64,000 nucleotides of DNA from Phoronis australis (Eukaryota > Animalia > Phoronida), in contig NMRA01000810.1 in NCBI GenBank assembly GCA_002633005.1, positions 1 through 64,000 of the forward strand, in the 5' to 3' direction. Positions 41,101 through 51,663 of this stretch are shown here, piece by piece. Every line of letters starts with the position of its first letter. Within the stretch, counting starts at the first letter, position 1. The notes beneath the pieces were generated by a model. It searched no databases. It saw nothing but the letters and a program-made list of their open reading frames with translations, and was not told the origin of the DNA. Made by a program: the position numbers and the translations under genes.

Positions 41101-42114
41101 AGCAGTTATATTGCGGGTGAGAACTTCTCCATGGCTGATGTGGCAGTGTTTCCCCACGTTGCCTTGTTTGTTCGTCAAGGATTCAAGCTGGGTCCACCCC
41201 ACTTCACCCGTTTAGGACGGTAAGTGTGACCAAAAATATACCGGTGTTAGTCAAGTTGGAAACCACCTAGAAATTGTTTCGCTTCAACACAGTCATGTCA
41301 AAAGGATTGTGTGCTTGTAATCTGGATGTGGCCACCTTTGGAAATGACCTTAGAAATGAAACAAGGGATGTAGGAATGGTAAAGGATGCTTACAGACGGT
41401 ACTTGCATTTAGAAACAACACATGAATAGGACGATGAAAAATTTTCAGTTTGAAACACAATAGGGTGGACAGGTGAAATTTCATCAAATTTCGCAACTGA
41501 AATGGCTTTTCAAGAAAAACTAATTTGCTTTTATCTTGAAAAAAATTCAAAATGAGACAATTTTAGGAATTGTTTTCTCCAAAATGAATGACTAGTTAAA
41601 TGATGAAAATTGTTTTGTGAGGAATGTGCAGCATTCTCCGAAGACAAAAACGTCACGTTCTCGTCCAGTTATCATCGTTTCTGTTAATCGACAAAAGCAA
41701 CTCTAAATACACGTGATTTTGAAATCTCCCTTTCTCAGCATGTCACTAGCTTAAATTGAAACTTGCACTAAGATTTCCAAACATGGTGCAAAGCATTTCA
41801 AACACGGTGCAGCGCCACAGTTGGAGGCACGAAAGGATGACACCACTGTGAAAATCTCAAATTTCACCTGGTAGTTTGGTGCAAATCTCAGTTAATATAA
41901 AGAGTTATACCAAGAGTGCCTAACATCTGCCTTATCTTGCACCTGCGTCTTGAAAGTTATTGGCCACAGTACATGTACGTGCAATGTAATGCTGTATACG
42001 TGATTTAATTGTAGTTACTATGACGATCTAAAGACCAGACCGTCCATCTCCAAGACTTGGCCTCCACACTGGAAAGACACTCCCCAAGGCTCCATGCTCA
42101 GTGATGCTAATTGA
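35161..42114 (+). CDS. Glutathione S-transferase, rho/GST-A-like, copy 3 (233 aa)
   Basis: Exons 35161-35346, 38115-38289, 40138-40253, 41095-41219 and 42015-42114, phases 0,1,0,2. Protein: LYWASGSPPAWRVQICLEEK...NPRGQVPVLKDGD...YIAGENFSMADVAVFP...RPSISKTWPPHWKD...AN*. Confidence 0.9.
35371..35606. mobile_element. ~235-bp MITE with cttaag-rich interior (relatives at ~44578-44821, ~45071-45318)
   Basis: Imperfect TIRs ggggcccattctaagaaaccaacttgag / ctcagtcagttttctcagaatgggaccc. A homologous copy reads gacccgttccaagaaactgacttgag...cttagtcagttttcttggaacagtaccc. Confidence 0.6.
35800..36875 (+). mobile_element. Highly degenerate HINE-family copy in intron 1 of GST copy 3
   Basis: Remnants gtctgtctgggc, gatgatgacttttgg, cgccacctagtggccatttttatt and gatgatgatttcc. 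Boundaries are approximate. Confidence 0.5.
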
Positions 42115-42733
42115 ATGAAGCAAAAAAAAATGTGGTGTCCTGCAATCGCAATGGTATTGACCTTGGCATGACACCATGTTAAACCCTGAGTCGGACACGG
42201 ACAAAACATTAAACTGAATCCTTTCTACTTCAACTCCAACCACCTTACGGTGTAGGCTTTGGTTCGTTGTTTTGCTCCATTAGTATGAGAATGTGATTTG
42301 ATGGTTTTCATGTGGCTATGTAAACTCCTGTAATAAAGCAGCTGGGCTGTTCTTTACATTGTACATGTAGCTACTCAGTAGGTAGTTGAAACTCTCTTAA
42401 TATGTTAAAAATGACATCATATCGGTAACAGTTAAATTTGAGGCAATCTTCGCAAACGTCTGCTTTACACTCTAACCAATAGAATTGACACATACTTTTG
42501 TAATTTTTTTATGGCACGCAGGAAATAAACATTTGAAATTGCTTAATAATAGTTTATCTATTTATGGTGGAAAATGCTCATAAATATCAGGTGACATGAC
42601 TTTCAAACTTACAAAAAAGTCGGGAAAGATTCACGCGACTGTGCAAGATTTAAGCTTTCTTCAACAATTCCTTAACTTCATATTCTCAAGACACCCGTTT
42701 GAATACGTCAAGCCTGCTCCAGCAGGTAAATTT

Positions 42734-43236
42734 GATTCACATGATACTTGATTCACATGATACTCGATTCACATGATACTCGATTCACATGATACTCGAT
42801 TCACATGATACTCGATTCACATGATACTCGATTCACATGATACTCGATTCACATGATACTCGATTCACATGATACTCGATTCACATGATACTCGATTCAC
42901 ATGATACTCGATTCACATGATACTCGATTCACATGATACTCGATTCACATGATACTCGATTCACATGATACTCGATTCACATGATACTCGATTCACATGA
43001 TACTCGATTCACATGATACTCGATTCACATGATACTCGATTCACATGATACTCGATTCACATGATACTCGATTCACATGATACTCGATTCACATGATACT
43101 CGATTCACATGATACTCGATTCACATGATACTCGATTCACATGATACTCGATTCACATGATACTCGATTCACATGATACTCGATTCACATGATACTCGAT
43201 TCACATGATACTCGATTCACATGATACTTGATTCAC
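42734..43236. repeat. 16-bp minisatellite (gattcacatgatactc), ~31 copies
   Basis: Directly visible. Copies are identical except the first and last full units (gatactt). Confidence 0.97.
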
Positions 43237-43582
43237 TAGCCACCACCAACACCAACTTCACAATCACTTCAGGGATGTTCCTGGACTGCGCCTTTGAGCC
43301 ATTAGTACATAATAAAATTAAAAGTCACAAGAACATTGCAGCAGTGCACCCCCAAGGTGCACCTTTCAAAGCGCAACACTTCCAAAACACAAGATTCTAG
43401 TCATCTAGCTGCCGGTCGGGTAAAACAAGAATCTGTTCTTATTTCGATAATCTTTGAGGTTTCTGTTTCATATGTTTTCACTTTAATTACACCAAGTCTG
43501 ATGGGCACATTTTTTTTGAAAAAAAGACGTGCAATTTTTATCATCCGATGCATAGGTTCAAACCTGGTCAGGAATATCCCTG

Positions 43583-46500
43583 TCACTTTGACCCATTTCC
43601 TGCCTGACGCTTGCGTATTTCCTCGAGACAAAACTGCGCCTTCTTTAGTGCATCCTTGTCGTCCAACTCTGTGGCAACTCTCACCGTCCTATCACAGACT
43701 ATCTTTGATTGGTTCAACTCTCCCATTTGCAGGCAAACAGCTGCCAGGTTACACATGTAGGTTGGTAATGAATTTGAGCCAGTAGATGACGCTACTTGTA
43801 TAGCTTTTTCTAGCAAACTCTTTGCAGACGCGAAGTCATTTAGCTCGCAGCACACCACAGCTAGGTCACTCATGATGACCAGATTCTGGTCGTGTTCTGG
43901 ACCGAGAACGCTTTCGGAGATAGCGAGAGATTTCTCGTAATTACGTCTCGCTTCATCAAGTCGTTTTTGAAGTAAACAATATCGGCCATATCCACTAAGG
44001 CACATGCCATATAAAGCGAGCGTGTCGTCTGCGCATCCTCCCTTAGACTCTGACACTTTCTTCTCTTGAGTTTCTATACAGAATTTATAACCTGCAACAG
44101 CTTCTGAATGCCTCTCAAGAGATGCGTATATGGTCGCTAGCTTCAGAGATATTTCCACGACCGAGTTGTCATCTGTGGCGTAACCCACTGTCAGTATCAA
44201 CTTTATGGTGTCTTTGAAAAGATTTTCCGCTTTCCTCAACTGCCCGGCTTCCAATGCAAGATTAGACAGGTAACTAAACAAAATGATACGTATGCGTCCG
44301 AATTCTTCATCACTCAATTCCCCATTTTTATGGCGGGCAACAAGAATTTCAAAAGCATCGTGAACAAATTTTTCAGATTCCCCATAGTTTGTTCTCCTCT
44401 GTGCAAGTACAGCTTTCTTCATTGTAAGTATCAGCTTGTCTTCAATAGCCTCTGATTCGGATTCCAGATCCAAAAGCCATGACACAAACCCGGTTACACT
44501 GACAGCCAACAGAGGCGCTGTTCTGAAAAATTGAATGTTCACTGTTGTGACTAACCAACAGGTTCTTCTCTTAGTTCTGAGACCCGTTCCAAGAAACTGA
44601 CTTGAGCACAGGAATTGTTCACTTAAGTTCAAAGGTTTGTCTCAACTTCCAAACTTTGAAGCTTGACCCACATCTGGTTAGAAAGTCAAAATTAAGACAA
44701 AACTTAAGTGAAAAAAGTTAAGTCAAACTTAGATCTCTTTCTTAGACACCTGGTTATCTAAAAATTCACTGAATTTTAAGATTTGTCTTAGCTTAGTCAG
44801 TTTTCTTGGAACAGTACCCTGAATTGCAGGTACTTACGCACAGCCCCACAAGGTGGAGACATCATGCAGTACATACAGCACACATCAGAGCCATTCTCAA
44901 TGAATCGCGACAATTCGACTCCTGAGACACTCGATTTTCAAGTATCTTCATCTGGAGCTAACGNCAAAAGCCATGACACAAACCCGGTTACACTGACAGC
45001 CAACAGAGGCGCTGTTCTGAAAAATTGAATGTTCACTGTTATAACTAACCAACAGATTCGTCTCTTAGTTCTGAGACCCGTTCCAAGAAACTGACTTGAG
45101 CACAGGAATTTTTCACTTAAGTTCAAGGTTTGTCTCAACTTCCAAACTTTGAAGCTTGACCCACATCTGGTTAGACAGTCAAAATTAAGACAAAACTTAA
45201 GTAAAAAAGTTAAGTCAAACTTAGATCTCTTTTTTAGACACCTGTTTTATCTAAAAATTCACTGAATTTTAAGATTTGTCTTAACTTAGTCAGTTTTGAA
45301 TCTTGGAATAGTACCCTGGATTGCAGGTACTTACCCACAGCCCCACAAGGTGGAGACACCATACAGTACATACAGACAGGTCAACCACACCCAGTCATGC
45401 AAACTTTGTAAACACTATTTAGAGCAAACCTCTGCAGATTACTTGCTCTCCTCAAGAGAAAACTAGTATGTGAATTGGAAAATTTACACAATTTGAAGGT
45501 CGAGTGAATAAAAAACATGTCAGAGATAAAATCTAAGTTCTATCTAAATCTATGCAGCAATGAACCAAAACTAAGGTGCAGCAGAATAATAAAGCACTGT
45601 GATTTTGGATTCCAATCTTCTAACGCTCTCAATTTCAGGATTTCCAGTTGAAATGTCAGTTGAGTTCGTCTGACTTAGCGAACATACTGCATGTTAGAAC
45701 GGATACTGTCCACTTTGTGGTCGAAAAATGCAACTTGATGGGATAGACTTCTTGAAGTTAGCATAGAAAGTTCTATGTTATTAGCTTTGACCAGAGTAAT
45801 AAAACAAGAAAGTCCACTATGTGATTTTAGTACAAATTGCTAGTGTCTTCATATAGTAAACACAGGTAAGTTCTAGGGTTTACCTTTGGGAAAGGGCATT
45901 GTTTCACCTTTCCCAAACAGCATGTTGAGTCCGAGTCAGGGTTGTTGTGCTTGAACTTGGAATTCTGGTTCATCTCAGATCACGTATGCGTGAACTTAGA
46001 ATTGCCCACGAAACTTTGCAGATTCACTCAATCACATTCACATTGATTTTTTGCACTACGCTACAGAAAATCACATGTTCATAGAACATTGTTTTTTTTT
46101 CAACTATTGGCGATTTTGGTCACCGAACAATAAATTATGATTAACCATTTCATGAATTCCTCTGGCTTAGTAACTCATTGAAATTTCCGCTTAAGAAGAA
46201 CATAGGTGACCATGTAGCAAATAATTAGAAAAATCTTTTATAGTGAACGAAAACTTTCACTCGATAACTATAAAGAATATTCATTCCAAATTCACGCCAC
46301 GTGAACTTGAGATTAAGAAGAATTGCAAGTTCACGAACATCAGGGTGATCTCTAATTATTGGACGGGAAGAGTGTGGTGAATCTTGAGGGCAATTTAAGG
46401 CAACATTAATTCTCCTGTGCCCATGGACTTTAACTGACTGGTAAGAGCAAGAGGAATGCCTTTGAAGTGAGAGGTACGGGTTTCGATACTTGGAACCGAG

Positions 46501-49500
46501 ACATTTTTCAACATGAGTATTAGGTCAAATAAACATCAGACACACTTTAAGATGGCGCCACCGTCTCAACTGGCCCCAGCAGAGACGGTGAAGCTCCCAA
46601 ACTTAAGGCATTTCATATACAGGAAGCTTTTCGGTGAATTATCCCTCACAAAGATCAGTCACGTTAAATACCTTTTGCTCTTACTAGAGGAACACGTACT
46701 TAGGAGGTCGTCGATGTCTTTCATTCCTTCCAACTTGAACAAATGCTCCAGTAATCAAACTTTTTTCGAGCAGTGCTTCTTTCTGTTTCTAAAATCCTGC
46801 CATGTTTACACTGTGCACAGATGCAATGTGACCTTGATGTTATAACATAATTCACCACAAAAGCTTCCGGTATACAAAGCGAGAGTTGAGACAGTGGCAC
46901 TGTCTATCACACTAAATGTGAACTGGGATATACCATTTTTATGCGCCCACATATTTATATGTGGACGCATTATGCCGTCATCTCCGTCCGTCCGGGCGGC
47001 GTCTGGCGTCCGCTGCTCTATCTCCAAAACCCTTTGACATACGTTCATGAAATTTGGCACATATGTTCCATTCATGAATGGGACGGCATGTGCGAACTTT
47101 CGGACGGATCCGACTACCGGTGTGCCCCCTAGTGGCAATTTTAGTTTTTTACGCTTACCTTTGTATCTTCAAAAGTCCTGAACGGATTTTCATGAAATTT
47201 GGTATGTAGGCACCTAGTAGTGAGATGACGCTATCCTGCCGTTTTCGGATGGATTCGACATAGTTTGCGCCACCTAGTGGCCATTTTTACTGTTTTCGAG
47301 TCTGTTTTTGTGCTTCCACCCCTCTATCAACCAAACCGCTCAAAGGATGATTGTGAAAATTGGCATGTATGTGCTTACTATGTAGAGGACGGTTGACGAT
47401 GATTTTCCGACGATTTCGACTACTGTGGCGCCTCCTAGTGGCAGTTTTGTTTTTTTTGCGCCTATGGCTGTATCTCCTAAACCGTTCGCAGGATCTTTAC
47501 GAAATTGTGTAAGTATATTTATATGATGTTAACAACGGAAGATGACGACTTTTGGACGGATCCGACTACCGGTGTGCCCCCTAGTGGCAATTTTAATTTT
47601 TTTACGCTTACCTTTGTATCTTCACAAGTCCTTATTGGATTTTCATGAAATTTGGTATGTAGGCACCTATTAGTGAGATGACGCTATCCTCCCGTTTTCA
47701 GATGGATTCGACATAGTTTGCGCCACCTAGTGGCCATTTTTAGTGTTTTCGAGTCTGTTTTTGTGCGTCCACCCCTCTATCAACCAAACCGCTCAAAGGA
47801 TGATTGTGAAAATTGGCATGTATATGCTTACTATGTAGAGGATGGTTGACGATGATTTTCCGACGATTTCGACTACTGTGGCGCCTCCTAGTGGCAGTTT
47901 TGTTTTTTTGCGCCTATGGCTGTATCTCCTAAACCGTTCGCAGGATCTTTACAAATTGTGTAAGTATATTTATATGATGTTAACAACGGAAGATGACGAC
48001 TTTTGGTCGGATCCGACTACCGGTGTGCCCCCTAGTGGCAATTTTAGTTTTTTACGCTTACCTTTGTATCTTCAAAAGTATTGAACGGATTTTCATGAAA
48101 TTTGGTATGTAGGCACCTATTAGTGAGATGACGCTATCCTCCCGTTTTCAGATGGATTCGACATAGTTTGCGCCACCTAGTGGCCATTTTTAGTGTTTTC
48201 GAGTCTGTTTTTGTGCGTCCACCCCTCTATCAACCAAACCGCTCAAAGGATGATTGTGAAAATTGGCATGTATATGCTTACTATGTAGAGGACGGTTGAC
48301 GATGATTTTCCGACGATTTCGACTACTGTGGCGCCTCCTAGTGGCAGTTTTGTTTTTTTGCGCCTATGGCTGTATCTCCTAAACCGTTCGCAGGATCTTT
48401 ACAAATTGTGTAAGTATATTTATATGATGTTAACAACGGAAGATGACGACTTTTGGTCGGATCCGACTACCGGTGTGCCCCCTAGTGGCAATTTTAGTTT
48501 TTTACGCTTACCTTTGTATCTTCAAAAGTATTGAACGGATTTTCATGAAATTTGGTATGTAGGCACCTATTAGTGAGATGACGCTATCCTACTGTTTTCA
48601 GATGGATTCGACGTAGTTTGCGCCACCTAGTGGCCATTTTTACTGTTTTCGAGTCTGTATTTTTGCGTCCACCCCTCTATCAACCAAACCGCTCAAAGGA
48701 TGATTGTGAAAATTGGCGTGTATGTGCTTACTATAAGGAAGACAGCTGACAATGATTTTCAGACGATTTGGACTACTGTGGCGCCTCCTAGTGGCAGTTT
48801 TGTTTTTTTGCGCCCATGGCTGTATCTCCCAAACCGTTTGCAGGATCTTTACTAAATTTAGCAAGTGTATTTATGTGATGTTGACAACGGACGATGACGA
48901 CTTTAGGATGATTCTGATTACCGGTATGCCTCTAGTGGCAATTTTAGTATTTGCCTCTAGTGGCAATTTTAGTATTTTACATTGACCTCTGTATTTTCAT
49001 AGGTCTTCAGGTGTATACTTTGTGTTACTTCGTGACTGTGAAGGAAAAGTTCCAAGTAGAAATTTGTTTCTGGCATTCTAATGCTGTGCTAATCTCGTAT
49101 GTTGGTAAATTTGTTTTTAATTCTATGTTTCTGTGGTGCTTTAAGCAACTGGTGTATAGGATGTGCTTGTATTATGAAGATTACTCACATTTTGCCCCTA
49201 GCCTATTGAGGAGACAATGACCATGCCTTTCCATTTTGCAAAGTATGCCCTCTACTGGCCACTTTATGGTACCAATAAACAACCCTAGAAGGATACCGTA
49301 TGCGGTGCAATTGTGGGCGCATTTCAACGCTCTGCGTTGCTCTTGTTTATATTACTGCAGGTTCACTAGCTGCCTCTAGAAGAACTCAAGCTTAAATAAA
49401 ATCTAATCCAGGTGCTGGTCTCAGACGGCCTGTATGCTGTATTTACAAAAGAATCATTCGGGGAACCATAAAACTGACAAATCACAAGATACCACAGAAA

Positions 49501-51663
49501 CATCAAGGACGGACGAAGTTTATGATTACAACACATTTCCACAACCGCTACAGAAGTTAATCACCAATGAGTGCGCAAAACTAATGACTTTACTAAGCGC
49601 ATGCCCATTCCAGATGTTGGTACTGTCTATGCAAATCCTAGACAGTACCACCATATGAACTGTGCTTGCCATCGACCCAAGAGTTGTGATCGTCACCATC
49701 ATTCTTCCTTGATCTTCTGGTGGTGTATTGAGGTTTGTCAGTTTTCTGGTTCTCCAGATGTTTTAAATTCTTTTATTTATACTGCTAAGTGCTGGTGGGA
49801 GGCTGTTGGTAATTTCAGCAGGCAATCAGACCGTCAGGGAAGAGCACCTCAATTGGAGTTTATTGAAGTTTGAGTAGCTGTGCTTTAATTGGTGAGTGCT
49901 TCAGTTCTGGAGGTCTAGCTGCAGTGCTGCCTTGTGTAGGCAGGCTCCAAAGTAGGCAATGACCATCGCCTCTGTTGGCCCGAACCAGAGGCGATGTAGA
50001 GGCTATGGGCGCTCTGTACGCCGGAAGCTTTTCGGCAAATTATGCCTTGCACCGACTAAACCATCAAAGCCACGTTGTTATAACTACCTTTTGCGCATAG
50101 ACGAACACCTTAGGAGGTTGTCGATGTTTTTAAGTTCTTCCAACTCGAACAAATACTCCCGTTATGAAACTTTTTCTTCGAGCAGTCCCTATTTCAGTTC
50201 CCAAAATCGTGAAATTAAAATCATTTTTTTTAACCAGGCCGAAGGTCAGAAGTTGCGATCTTACCGGCGAACTTTGAAAGCTGAAGTTCCCGCCCTTTGC
50301 GTACGTGCTGCCGGGAACCAGCCGTGCATTTGCCGTGTTGTTAAACATTGAAATGTCAAATATGTGCACAAAGACTTTTAAATGTCATATCAACAGCATT
50401 TATTTTTATCAAATACAAACAATAATTCATTGAAATACAAACAGTTTCAAGTAACGCCAATTAAAGACAAGTATAAGTGGTGGCATTTTGGAAACGAACA
50501 TTTGACTGACAAGACCGCAATGGCTCACCTTTGGCCTATTTAAAAATTATTGNNNNNNNNNNNNNNNNNNNNNNNNNNNNNNNNNNNNNNNNNNNNNNNN
50601 NNNNNNNNNNNNNNNNNNNNNNNNNNNNNNNNNNNNNNNNNNNNNNNNNNNNNNNNNNNNNNNNNNNNNNNNNNNNNNNNNNNNNNNNNNNNNNNNNNNN
50701 NNNNNNNNNNNNNNNNNNNNNNNNNNNNNNNNNNNNNNNNNNNNNNNNNNNNNNNNNNNNNNNNNNNNNNNNNNNNNNNNNNNNNNNNNNNNNNNNNNNN
50801 NNNNNNNNNNNNNNNNNNNNNNNNNNNNNNNNNNNNNNNNNNNNNNNNNNNNNNNNNNNNNNNNNNNNNNNNNNNNNNNNNNNNNNNNNNNNNNNNNNNN
50901 NNNNNNNNNNNNNNNNNNNNNNNNNNNNNNNNNNNNNNNNNNNNNNNNNNNNNNNNNNNNNNNNNNNNNNNNNNNNNNNNNNNNNNNNNNNNNNNNNNNN
51001 NNNNNNNNNNNNNNNNNNNNNNNNNNNNNNNNNNNNNNNNNNNNNNNCTTAGGTGTCACAATAAAATGGCTGCCGAAGGCAGTGCACATTTGAAATAACT
51101 CGGCACAAATTAAAGAAAACTTCCGAATCGATGAATGCGGTATATCTGTGAGAGTTAAATCGAATCCTATTCAGATCATAACTTTGAAGTGGAATAATTC
51201 GGTGAGTACAACAGCAAGTCGGTTTTATGCTTAGGCGGACGACCATTGGGTTCCCCAGTATATTTGTTCGAGTTGGAAGAACTTATAAACACATCGACAA
51301 CCTCCTCAGGTGTTCGTCTATGCGCAAAAGGTAGTTATAACAACGTGACTTTGATGGTTTAGTCGGTGCGAGGCATAATTCGCCGAAAAGCTTCCGGCGT
51401 ACAGAGCGCCTATAGCCTCTACATCGCCTCTGGTTCAGGCCAACAGAGGCGATGGTCATTGCCTAGCTCCAAAGGAAACGGTCTTCAATGTTTTACCTCC
51501 GAGTGTCTTGTCTGAGCCACGTTCCGATGGAAGCAGATCTGTAACCGGGCTGTAAACACGCTTTAGGATAGCAATGGCGAGCTTCTCTAGACAAAGGCGA
51601 GTAAAAACGCCGTGATTGCATCTTAAACAGCCCAGCAAAAATTCGTTTCAAGGGCTGCGCCAT
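43583..51663 (-). CDS. TTC19: Tetratricopeptide repeat protein 19, mitochondrial (complex III assembly factor), ~368 aa
   Basis: Exon 1 is 51663-51497 (MAQPLKRIFAGLFKMQSRRFYSPLSREAR..., Arg-rich and acid-poor, donor ag|gtaaaa, phase 2). It joins in frame to exon 2, 44522-43583 (acceptor ttttcag). The segment SNLALEAGQLRKAENLFK...DDNSVVEISLKLATIYA...AVAGYKFCI is recognisable as TTC19. Confidence 0.85.
46937..49348 (+). mobile_element. Complete HINE/DINE-1-like element with ~4 internal 450-bp tandem units, in the TTC19 intron
   Basis: 5' end: tttt-ATGCGCCCACatatttatatGTGGACGCAT hairpin, ccgtccgtcc microsatellite and atgaaatttggcac core. Units recur at ~47110, 47562, 48013 and 48463. 3' end: subTIR GTGGGCGCAT plus stem-loop caacgc-tct-gcgttg, then ctcttgttt. 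Confidence 0.85.
49953..51465. mobile_element. Long-TIR (~205 bp) DNA transposon with 9-bp TSD (MULE- or hATm-like), spanning an assembly gap
   Basis: gctccaaag|TAGGCAATGACCATCGCCTCTG ... CAGAGGCGATGGTCATTGCCTA|gctccaaag; TIRs at ~49953-50156 and ~51260-51465. Confidence 0.9.
50553..51047. other. Assembly gap (N run); second gap at ~52049-52133
   Basis: Runs of n. Confidence 1.

Noticed and set aside
15827-42114. Selenocysteine or readthrough in the GSTs
   Set aside because: No in-frame TGA occurs inside any of the three reconstructed coding sequences.
42734-43236. CRISPR-like array
   Set aside because: No unique spacers, no cas genes, and a eukaryotic context; it is a simple minisatellite.
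44523-44632. N-terminus MNLSEQFLCS... of the 349-aa ORF
   Set aside because: It lies upstream of the splice acceptor and partly within a MITE, so it is intronic read-through.
44938-45375. Second partial copy of the TTC19 exon-2 start (ORF 44938-45138)
   Set aside because: It begins at the N at 44963 and duplicates ~44473-44880; likely an allelic assembly artefact, not a paralogue.
47842-48985. Recurrent ORFs with the peptide APPSGSF (also at 24-2847 and 10791-11115)
   Set aside because: They are translations of the non-coding 450-bp repeat, and frames and stops differ between copies.
49700-49943. Possible LINE 3'-end relic on the minus strand
   Set aside because: Only a vague NSLP-like peptide was seen; too weak to call without a profile search.
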